Positions 1 through 10,800 of a stretch of 64,000 bases of DNA are shown here, piece by piece. The stretch's first letter is position 1, and every line of letters starts with the position of its first letter. A program made the translations under genes and the position numbers. Source of the DNA: Azolla caroliniana (taxonomy: Eukaryota > Plantae > Polypodiophyta); NCBI GenBank assembly GCA_043228905.1, contig JBHGNT010000001.1, positions 11,780,001 through 11,844,000 on the forward strand, written 5' to 3'. Below the pieces are notes generated by a model. It saw nothing but the letters and a program-made list of their open reading frames with translations, did not search any database and was not told where the DNA came from.

Positions 1-942
1 GCACTATCTAGTGATAGTCCGAGTTGGGGATGCCATTGACAAAACAAGTTATTAACCAATTGTCCCCTTCTAAACCCGATTTTTGGATTTGGGTTTTAGC
101 ATGGTGGAAATAGTCTTCTAGCGAGGAAAACTTCCTGCTAGAGAGGTTCATTAAAGCTTGTGCTACCTTGGTTCAAGAGGGAGGTTGCAGAAATTGGCCC
201 TTGAAAACTGTGACAAAATTTGTCCAAGTATCGGGCAATTTCCCCAAAGTACGGAGCCCATGCCACTAGGCGGCGGCCTTACCCCCTAGTTCTCGGCCGA
301 CATATGCAATCTTCGTACTATCTGGTGTGGTATAGAGCTCAAAATGAGACTCCCATCGGCCCAGCCACGTGCAGATTGCTTCTTCGGTTCTTTCCTTTTT
401 TTCTCCCGTAAATAGCTTAACGACAAACAATGGTTCACCCTATCGCTCATCAGGTCTATTAGTCTCACGTTGTAAACTAATGACACGTGCCTTGAGAGCA
501 CTTTAAGATTGCCATTGTTCGGTCATCTGTTGAGGGGTGAAACTAAGGTAATGGCTTATTTGTGAAAAGTACATCTCAATGGACATTTGTTCAGGAGGAT
601 TTCCTTGAGTTCTTTTCGCTTGAGCGGGTGACATCGGGTCGTTATTTTGAGCCATTGAATGATTATTTCTGGCAAAGAAATAGGATAAAGTCAGACAAAT
701 AGTCATAACATCATGTCGTGATGTAAACATATCATGGGAAAACATTAATCGATATCATGATCTCACGTCAATACCCCTCTAGACGTATGAGATGAGGTTG
801 AAGATCAGGTTACTATGGTAACACATCGATCGATTACCGAAGTTCCTTTGTTGATTGTTGTATGGATCAAGGTCGACCGCACATCGATCGATCACCATCA
901 ATCAAGAAGACAAAAGACAACAAAAGAAACATTAGAACATGA

Positions 943-1420
943 GCTCTGATACCAACTATTAGAGATATGCCCTAATGTGAGCATATGATAAGGATAAAAT
1001 AATGATAGATAGATAGATAGAAAGGAGAGAGAGAAAGAAGGGTGTCGATCCACCCGACCACCCCCGAGTGAAGGGATCGAGATGGACTCGAGCCTCGATC
1101 GGCGTCCCATACCACCATCATGGTGTCAAGTCGTACTTGGTGTTGGTGTGCTCGCTACAAGAGTTGACCCACCACAAGAACAGAGTCTCGACGTAGTCAA
1201 AAGATGATGAAATGAGGGTAGCTAGGCCTCTTATTTATAGCGATACCCAAGGCCCCCATGCAAGTTCACACTTGGCCTAATGGGTTGTGTCAATCCCGAG
1301 GATTAAAAGTAATCCTCCCCTTCTTTACACTCTCGTTTAACCCTCACACTTATCTACGTGTATAGAATAATACTATGGTAAATTCTCACCACGGGATATT
1401 ATATGGTCATGCCCATGACA
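943..1420 (-). mobile_element. Degenerate LTR retrotransposon 5' LTR (~957-1420) with tRNA-iMet PBS; internal region runs off the left edge of the window
   Basis: GCTCTGATACCA at 943-954 is the reverse complement of the canonical TGGTATCAGAGC PBS. A TATAAATA box lies on the minus strand near 1230-1240. The putative LTR edges are TATTAG (decayed TG) at 957 and ...ATGACA at 1420; the right edge is uncertain. Confidence 0.6.
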
Positions 1421-1976
1421 ATTCTGGTAAATAGAAGAACTTCCATGGGTATCTTGGTACTTTTCCCTTTATTTTATTGCTTTAATAAAAACAATATGAG
1501 TTCAAACCTTGAGGAAAAATTTTGGAGTTCTTTTGTTTTATGAATAATATACACACAAAAAAATCACATTTGGTATGACGAGATGGTGCCACCATAATGG
1601 AAAGATATTTTATTTTCAATTTTTTGGAAATACCACTCATGTCTCATGTATTTATCTCATTTTTAGATCAATATCAAAATGGTGCACTTAATATTTGCAA
1701 AAAAACAGCACTTGATGTGTGATTAGGAGAATAAATGGTTGAACATGGAATCTAAGAGCATTGATGTTCATGGGTGTCTTATTGTTGTGTCAAGGGCGAC
1801 ATATCAATTGCTATGATTAATGTAATGCATGGTTATACACATAAGCTAAGGTTGACGATTTTCATGGGTATTGTCATGTGAAAAGCATCTCTCGTGAAAA
1901 TGGTATGACTTGGAAAATGCATGTTTGAACATGGAATAGAAGGGCATCCATGATCATAGACATGTGAGTACATCAT

Positions 1977-2655
1977 TGTTATGCCCCTAGATTACGGGGG
2001 ACTCAAAACGCACGAAACATGGTTGGGACAAAGACAATTTGAACAAGAAGATGATTTATATTATAAGAAAGAGATACAAGATTACAACAATCCCAAATTC
2101 TCCCAATGTTAGGACAAAACCAAAAGATAAAGAAGGGCTAGAGAGTGTTCAATATTACAGTGGGGGAGAGTAGAACTCGGAGATTAGGAATCATCCAAAA
2201 ATGAGGAGAGACTCCTTATGTAGGCCAAGATATGACCGTTGGACTAGCCATTCCGACAGGTTGTCCCAACCCAACGTGGTGCCCCTTTTAGGACTAGGAC
2301 TGGGTATGGGTATGGATATGGTTCCTTTCTTGAGTCCCAACTCAAATTGGGACTGCATGTTGATCGATCGGGATTGTCCCAACACTATTTGGGACTATCC
2401 CAACTCTTTTTGGGGTTTCTCGAGTTTGTCCCGACTCACTTTGGGACCACTTGCTAGTTGGGATTGTTTAGTTGCACCACCACCACATCATGATGGGTCA
2501 TGGAGAGGAAAAGCTAACTTTAAAAAATATAATAGGCATGGGTCATGGGTCACCCAAAAAAATCTAGTTAGTGTTATTCATGGAGAGGGAAAAAAGAAAA
2601 CTTTAAAAAAGCTTATGGATATGGGTTAAAGCTCACTACACTTTATATCACAATA
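1977..2655. mobile_element. Solo LTR (~680 bp)
   Basis: Ends are TGTTATG...CACAATA, a decayed TGTTGTG...CACAACA inverted terminus. Identical 5-bp TSD ATCAT at 1972-1976 and 2656-2660. No adjacent PBS or PPT. Confidence 0.65.
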
Positions 2656-2959
2656 ATCATCATGACAGAAGTCTACATGTACAACAAGTGGGATTAAACC
2701 AACTTAAATGTTCTCGCATAACATGATATGATAAAGAGGCTCATTTTTAACATCGTTGTGTACTTGGCTCATGCATGCATTATAGTGTAACGCTTTCCAA
2801 AGAGTTAATATATTCATGCATATTTGCCTTGGGAAAATCTTGTAAGTTTCAAAAACACAAAAGAAAAAAAATTTGAAATACAATAGGATGCAAAACTTAT
2901 ATTCCAAGCATTGTACTTGTATTATCAACGTTGAAAGTTTTTTGAAGCCCCAAGCACAC

Positions 2960-3571
2960 CACGTTGTCCTTCAAACCACACGAAGTTTAGTAGAGTGAGG
3001 AATGAGGAATGAGGGGTTTGGAATTAGAGGCTTTGTTTGTAGCAATCCATGGAACCTTAAATAGGAGCACAAACGACCTTACAAATGCGTAGGGACATGC
3101 TCAACTCATCCATGAAATATCTAAAGGTATTCTTGTTTACACTAACATCACCACGTGATTCATGCACCCTACCCTCTCATTTAAAAACATGTGATTTGCA
3201 AGAAACCGTCCAAAGGACCTTCTTCCTTATTCAATAGCAAAGTCCAAGGGGATGATGTAAGGTAGAAAATGGTCGAGCTACAAGGTGAAGTCAAAAGCGA
3301 AGTGCAAAACTCAAACCACCAAGTTTTTTTTTTCTTCCTCATTTCTTTTTCGTTTTTTTAATCGCGTCAAGGGGAGACATGTTTGATAGGATTAAGAAAA
3401 CCAAGTAATGATGTGTTGTATTAAGGTAAGGTGGTGAAGAGCGGGGAGGGATCGTGTGTGTTTTGCAAGGAGATTTGATCGAGGTAGACAAATGGGGCTA
3501 CGGTGGGGGGTGTACTCGGGGCACTTAGCCTCGCTAACTAAAAGAAGGCGGGGGGAGCCCTATGGAAATTG

Positions 3572-3616
<45 letters not shown>

Positions 3617-3743
3617 GTATGATGGATGGATTGTTCCTGAATCCTACCTATGGCTTTGGAGTTGGATGGCTGGGAAGCGGCCACGACTCACTAGCCACCT
3701 CCAAGTAGACAAGTGGAGAATCGGACGGTCAGGAAGAGGCCAC
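2960..3743 (+). promoter_or_regulatory. Candidate light-responsive motifs upstream of the HY5-like gene
   Basis: T/G-box CACGTT 2960-2965, G-box CACGTG 3152-3157, three GCCAC (SORLIP1) at 3680, 3694 and 3739, and a (GA)n tract ~3575-3613. These short motifs could occur by chance. Confidence 0.3.
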
Positions 3744-3867
3744 GACATGCTCACAATGAACGACCCAGATCTAGAGAGAGAAGGGAGTTGAGGATTCAGA
3801 AGAAGAACAAAACACGCGCGCGCAGAGGGCGACCCCCACAGATCTACAGTGTGTGATCGATCCATCT

Positions 3868-3990
3868 ACACACACACACACACACAGACAGACAGACAGA
3901 CGGGAGAGGTCGCAGCGGCGGCGGCGGCGGCGGCGGCAGCAGCAGCAGCAGTAGCAGAATAAGAAGACGAAGAAGAAGAAGAAGAAGCAA
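3868..3990 (+). repeat. Compound microsatellite (CA)n/(CAGA)n/(GCG)n(GCA)n/(GAA)n in the probable 5' UTR of the HY5-like gene
   Basis: Directly visible simple repeats. Confidence 0.9.
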
Positions 3991-4059
3991 GAAGCAAGAG
4001 TTCTTCTTCATCAATTTTTGTGGTACGCATCCGAGTGTGGCGATCGACCCCTACCATCC

Positions 4060-6518
4060 ATGGAGCAGACAAAACCTCTCTTTATGGAAGATGGTGAGAT
4101 CTTCTTCTCCCTCTGCCTCTCTGCCTCTGTTTCTCTCTCCTTTCAGCATCTTGTAAGATATACTTTTTGCATTACCACTTTGGTCTCATTGTCAATCCTG
4201 ATTGCTGTTTTTTTATTCAGAGAAATCCCTTGCATATTTCGCTACAATAAGTGTTATTGGGGGGATTTTTCTGTTTTAATTCATCTTCTGAAATATTTTG
4301 CATTTATCAGAGAAATCTCTAGCATTTCGCGGCAATAATTAACATACGTAGATGTGTAATAATGCATAGATAAATCTGTGCATAGTTTCATACACTTATT
4401 GTTTGCATCTTTGCAATATATGCAACTGTCTAGGCATGCTACCTTGAATTCATAGATGAATATGTGCACAATTTCATACACTTCATTGCCGCATTTTCAC
4501 AATACATGTGAATAATGCTTGGCATGCTATGTGTGCATAAATGCATTTGTGCTATAGTTTTGTGGCACTTGTTTTCTGGATTTTGCAACATCCGTGGTCT
4601 AAGCATGATATACATGCAGCAGCAGCAGAGAATTTGTTCATAGCTGAGATTTGTTAACTACGGAGGATCAAAGATTAAGTGAGACATGATAATCTGAACG
4701 CTAATGACAACGAGATTAAGTGAGACAATATATCATAATATTACTAGAAGATCACTTGGCTACAATGAGATTAAGTGAGACATGATATACTAATATTACA
4801 AAATGATCATGAGTGATTGATATATTAGATGCACAGGGGTGGCTTTTGATAAAAACTCATTGTTTGCTCATATGATATACCTGGGGTGTTCACTAGGATC
4901 TACCAATCTAGGGCATATTTATATTGGGGATGTACGGAAGGGTGATACCCAACAATAGCTTTATACACTTGTCTTATCATTTATCTCAGAGGAAGATAGT
5001 GGATCAGATTCAAGGGAAGTTCCAGATATGGGAGGAATCGAAGCGAAGAAGTCTGTACCTGGATCAACCAAGAGCGGTAGTGGAAGAAAAAGGGCAGCTT
5101 TACCAGCAGAAAAAGAGCATAAACGAATGAAACGGTATTGATTCTAATGAGAGAAAACTCCCTAATACCCCGAGTTTTTTCTTTACTTCCTCAAATGCCA
5201 TTTGGTATTCGTTATTTCCCCAAATGCCTCTGGTCAACTATAGAAAGACAGAGAAGGGGATGAAGTTGACCATATATGATTGATCAAGTAGCACATATAA
5301 TTTCTGGAGAGGAGGTTGCCAAGAGCATTTGAGGAATTTATGAAAGCTTGGGGACATTTCTGGAAATAAAGAAAAACTCAGGGGTATTTGGGCTGTTCTT
5401 CCCTTCCAATATAATACATAGAAGAATTTTCAGGGTCTCATGAGCAACCTTCATATGCTAGAATTAAACAAACCGTGGTACAGGTTGCTTAGGAATAGAG
5501 TATCTGCACAACAAGCAAGGGAAAGAAAGAAGGCATATGTGTCCGAGCTAGAACTTAAAATGAAAGAGCTGGAACAAAGGAATGCAGTGCTTGAAGAAAA
5601 GGTTTCAACACTACAACAAGAAAATGCAATGCTACGGAAGGTAATGTAGTTCATTCTCTGCCACCTGGAGCCTTTTGCACTTCTTCAATGAATGGGTTAC
5701 AATTAGCAGGAAAAAATCTAGTTTTGAAGAATATCAATTTAAAAATTCAATGGAGTAGGATTGATGGATGTCAGCATAGTAGAAAGTATACAGATTGGAG
5801 CTTCTCAAATGTTGTCGTAGGTCATAATTTTAGCACTTTAAGTATTTAAAAACTAGCATTGAATGCCGCAGGTCTAGAACATCTGACTAAAAGCATATAC
5901 ACATGTTACTCACGTAATCCAGAAATGTCATAAACTCATATGTACATATACAAATCTTAAGAAGATTAGGGCGGAAGTGCTTCGACTCTATATATGTCAT
6001 ATATGTTTTCAGTGGCAAGTACAAAGCTTAGAAACTTTGGGCTGAAGTGCTCAAAATAGTATATACTTGTCAGTGCCAAAGCAATTCTTACAGAGGAGCC
6101 GTCAGGGCCGTTGTGTTTTGATCAAAAGAGGCTGTATTTATAGCATAATTACATACATGTCTTGATGCTATTCTTAGATTATTGTAGAATGGTTGTATGT
6201 AAGCCCCCGTGTTTATATTATTGGGTTTACTTTAATGTATAGAATTGCCATTATGTGTTTTCTGCCATAGAGCAATTGATTAATATCAGTTCAATTACAT
6301 AATTCTTTTTCATTCTTCTCCATTGAAATCTTTATTTGTGGTACAACTACTCAAGCTTTGCATTGTTTCATTTTCTACAAGTGCTGCAACTGTTTTTTGC
6401 AGTGCTAGGGAGTAATTTCAGTTATAATATACTCTCTCCATTACTAAATATGAACAAATGAAAATTCCAGGTTATAAGGAGCAGTACCTCATCGACAAAT
6501 GAAAATTCCAGAGGATAA
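4060..6518 (+). CDS. HY5: HY5/HYH-family bZIP transcription factor, 127 aa, 4 exons
   Basis: Exons 4060-4093, 4990-5134, 5484-5640 and 6471-6518 are all GT-AG and splice in frame (384 nt). Protein: [27 protein letters not shown]...[33 protein letters not shown]...NAMLRKVIRSST. It has the HY5 basic region [19 protein letters not shown], a leucine zipper, a COP1-binding VP motif and HY5-like intron positions. Exons 1 and 4 are less certain. Confidence 0.9.
4672..4800. repeat. Short tandem repeats (AGATTAAGTGAGACA core, 3 copies) in HY5 intron 1
   Basis: Core motif visible at ~4672, ~4713 and ~4768. Confidence 0.7.
5149..5403. mobile_element. MITE/foldback element (possibly Mutator-like) filling most of HY5 intron 2
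   Basis: ~90-bp imperfect terminal inverted repeats (GAGAAAACTCCCTAATACCCCGAGTTTTTTCTTTACTTCC... versus ...GGAAATAAAGAAAAACTCAGGGGTATTTGGGCTGTTCTTCCC). Degenerate flanking duplication TTCTAAT/TTCCAAT. Confidence 0.6.
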
Positions 6519-7149
6519 ACAAGGTAATGATGCGGGCAGCGGAAGCATTAAAGTGCATTTAATATTTAAGGAAAAAGTCCTAGATGCCCATGTTTTTCTA
6601 CATTTCCCAAAATGCTCGCAAGTTCTGGTTGATTCCCAAAACGCCCTGTGTCATAATTGTTAGAAAAAAGGGAAGAAACTTAAATAGCTAATGTAATTGC
6701 TTCTTTGGGTGTTGATCAACTGCATTCTGGGAAACAAAGAAAATAGGAATTTCGGAGTTTTTCCCTCAGCATTTTTACTTGTGACATCATTCTCATCAGG
6801 TTGTTGGTCTCCAAACAGCGTATTGTTCTTTGATACTCTTAATGTGAGGGTGTATCTTATTGTTTGAGGTGGAGGTGATTGTTTTTTTTTTCCAGAATTG
6901 ATATTTTGAACCTGCACAACTCAAGGGCTGATGTTTTTCTCTGAACTACCAAGTGCTGCAAAAGTTCTTATTGTCCATGTTTAGCTCTATTACATCCAGA
7001 ATGCTTACCATTAAATGTATTTGATGTGGAGCTGAGCTGCTTTTGTAAAGTATCTCAAAATTGTGATACAATTCTACTCACTACACCATAATCCAAGCAT
7101 ATGTAACATAGCAAATGGTTATTCAGATTGGGAATACTTTACCCTTTTA

Positions 7150-7512
7150 AATGCTTTGAGCCAAACTCCTTGTTAGTGGGTTACAAAACACTTTCATCTA
7201 TGTATAACAACCTCAGATGCCTGAGCTTAATGTTAAGGAAGAATTCTATAACATCTGGATGGCTAGTTGAATGATTTACATCAATGTTCACTGCAAGGCA
7301 ATTAGCTTGTAAGTTGTAAATTCTGAAAAATTAATGTTGAACCAAACACCTTGTTATTGGGTTACAAAACACTTTTATGTATGTATAACAATCTCAGATG
7401 CCTGGGATTAATGTTATGAAAGAATTCTCTAGAACATCTGGATGGTTATTCAAATGTTTCACATCAATTTTCACTGAAAGGCAATTAGCTTGTAGGTTAT
7501 AAATTTTCAAAA
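7150..7512. repeat. Tandem duplication, ~180-bp unit, 2 copies, between the convergent HY5 and ABCB 3' ends
   Basis: GGGTTACAAAACACTTT...CTCAGATGCCTG...AACATCTGGATGG...GGCAATTAGCTTGTA recurs at ~181-bp spacing. Confidence 0.85.
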
Positions 7513-7813
7513 TGAACAGATTAATGGGCCATGGCTACTAGATTAAATGAATATAAACTATAATGTTGAATCGAGTTTTTTGACTCGAGTGTTTCCTCCA
7601 TTTAACTTATTACATGCCCCTCTTCCAGCATGCAAGCAATTGTGCTCACAGAAACACCTCTTAGAGAAATAGAAAAAGTTATCCCTAAACCCCCCAAAAA
7701 ATACAATGTACATTACTGACAATTGATGGCCTTGGCCTTATGTAGAATCACAGCCCTTCAAATTTCCGAACTTGAATGGACATGGAAACACTCCAAGAAA
7801 GTTAACATTATAT

Positions 7814-10800
7814 TCAAGGATTTCTGTTAATATGTTGTTGCAAGCTAACTAGCTGAGCATATATGCCTCTAGGTTTATTGATAAGGTGCTTATGGTTACC
7901 ATGCTCTACCACCTGACCATCTTGCAACACTGCAATGTTATCAGCACCACGAATGGTAGAGAGACGATGAGCAACAACCACTGACGTGCGTCCTTTCATT
8001 AACCGATCCAGTGCATCTTGGACAACCTTCTCTGATTCAGCATCCAATGCACTTGTGGCTTCATCAAGCAGTAAAATTGCTGGATTCTTCAACACAGCTC
8101 GCGCAATTGCAACACGTTGTTTTTGACCTCCAGAGAGTTGCATTCCTCTCTCTCCTACATCTGCTTGATATCCTTGTGGAAGTGATGTGATGAAACCATG
8201 TGCATTGGCAGCCTTAGCTGCTGCTATCACCTCTGCTTCAGACGCATTATCCGATCCATACTTGATATTTTCATAAATGGTAGTGGCAAAGAGAGCAGGC
8301 TCTTGCTGTACAAGAGCAAGGTGTCGTCGTAGAGAGCGAAGGTTAAGCTTTTTTATATCTTTTCCATCAATTAAGACTACCCCTGCTTGAGGATCATAAA
8401 ACCTTGCAACAAGGGCAATTACAGAACTCTTTCCAGACCCACTGGGCCCAACCACAGCAAGGCTATGGCCGGAGTGAATGCGTAGACTCAAATCCTCGAA
8501 TACTTGAACATCTGGTCTAGCAGGATATTTGAACACAACATGCTGCAGTTCAATTGACCCTTTTACTTGAGTAACAACTATTGCAAGTGGATCATTTGGC
8601 TCAATTTCTGACTTCCTATCAATGATAGCAAATACTGAAGCTAATGCTTGTGAACCCTTAACAATGTCTGGAGCCATTGCAATTGTTTCTGCAACTCCAT
8701 ATGCTGTTAAAATAAGCACCATGAATGCCTTCATCACATTTCCAAAGTTGGTCTCTTGATGTTTAACTAGTACTGATGCATACCAGAGAGCCAAACCATA
8801 TGAACCATACATGCAGCATTGTGAAATACCATAGCCTATACCACTCAGTTGTCCTCTTAACCATAGCCTTTTGCTTGAAACGTTCAATTCAGACGTAAAT
8901 AAATCTAATATCTTGTCTTCAGCACAGAAAGCAGCAACTGTGCGAATATTGCTCACAGCCTCTCCTGCCACCATACTGGCACGGGCATAAGCTTTCCCAA
9001 GATTTCCTCCAAAGCCTTTGAGGAATAATTGCTGTTACAGCAGGTACAATACATCAAAAGGGAGAGTTCTTAAAAAAAAAGAGTTTCAAAGGGAAAATAT
9101 GTGGGCACGACATGTACCTCGCCAACTGATGCTCCAATAAGAAGAGGATAGGTTGCAAGTATTACTAGAGTCACACGCCATTCCATGATAAATGCGATCA
9201 CAAAAGCTGTTACTGCAAGTGCAATGTTCTGTGTTATGCTTGACAATCGATCTGCCACAGCAGCTCTAACAAATGTGGCATCAGTAGACAATCTTGATGC
9301 CAGTAAATTACTGTTATTTTGATCCAGATCAAACCAGCCTACTTCATTGTGAAGAATGTCTACAAAAGCAACAGAAAAAGAGTGCTTTATTATACTAGGG
9401 CTATACCGTTTATTTGCCAAGAGCCTAAACTCCAAATATTAGCCAACAACCCAAGACACATGTTTCTAATCTACATCAGGTCCCAACACATACGGCATAT
9501 CAGGACTTTATTTCCAAATAAAATAAATCTGTGATGCAGCACGCTTCATCAAAACAAAAGGACAAGTTAAGGGTTGTTGCATATTCTGATAAGCCCTAGA
9601 CACACTACAGGAAATTGCTTCTTTTGGATCAACATATAATATTTGATATCCGTTCCAAGGATAATAGTAAGATCTATCTATCTTTACCACAGATAAGAAA
9701 CGAGTTCTATCATGTCATTTTTCCCCTGCCAGTAAATTGGAACCATTATGAAACGAAACCATCACTGTAAGTGCTTTCCCCATATCAGCATCCAAATATG
9801 GATCTTAGTGACAAGTCTGAGAGAAGAATTTTTGAAAATCCACCTAGGTTACATCATGATTCATGAGGGAAACAGTTGGAATCCAAACATCCACTCTAAT
9901 CACTCCCAATACCAGTCAAATTTCTTATTGAAAGCAAATTATAAAATATCAAACATATTGGAGAATGACAAAAGCAGTTCTAAGTACTCGATAAGCAATG
10001 GAAAGGAAGTACACATAGACCATAATAAACGTGTTCGTGCAAGCATTCAAACGTTTGAAAAGGGAAAAATGTGTGCTCCTTTTTTGTTTCCTTTTTTTCA
10101 TTTATTATCATCACAAATCAGCTCACCCTAGAGGTAAGTTGTCATGCTATTGTTGTCTATGTCTTGAGTTCAATTCCCAATTTTCTCATCTCTCTCTCGT
10201 TAGTGTCATGTCATATCAAAATTTTATGTTAGTGTCATTTTTTTTCTTTTTTTCTTTTTTTTCTTTCTTCATTATTAGAAATTAGCTCAACCTAGTGGTA
10301 AGTTGTCATGCTACTATTGCTTATGTCTTGGGTTCAATTCCCAATTTTCTTATATCCTTTCGTTAGTGTCATGTCATGGCAAAATTTTATGTTAGTGTCA
10401 TGTTCCGTTTTTTTTCTTTCTTTGTTATTAGAAATTAGCTCACCCTAGTGGTAAGTTGTTATGCTACTACTGCCTATGTCATGTTTTCTTCATACTCTCG
10501 AATATACGTTTTATGAGTTTTTGAACATTTGGTTATAATTTATAATGTCATATTTTGATTCAATCTCTATAGTTCATACTCATTTTTTGTAAAGTTCTAA
10601 GGTGAGGAGGATAGAGATGTCTTGATTCTTAAGAAGCATTCCAAAGGTATGCATGTGATACAATGCAAATATTGCAACCATACTTATGTTGGTGGTTCAC
10701 AATGGATTAGAGTCCACTTATTGGGATTGAGAGTGAATCAATATATAATATAGACCATAATCAATCCAATCCAACTTCGAGATGATTTACCATACACGTT

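Noticed and set aside
3456-4072. ORFs with poly-RE, poly-A and poly-S tracts upstream of HY5
   Set aside because: Microsatellite artefacts with non-ATG starts.
6518-7814. Functional HY5-ABCB gene cluster (light and auxin)
   Set aside because: Adjacency of two genes in a plant genome is not evidence of co-function without synteny or co-expression data.
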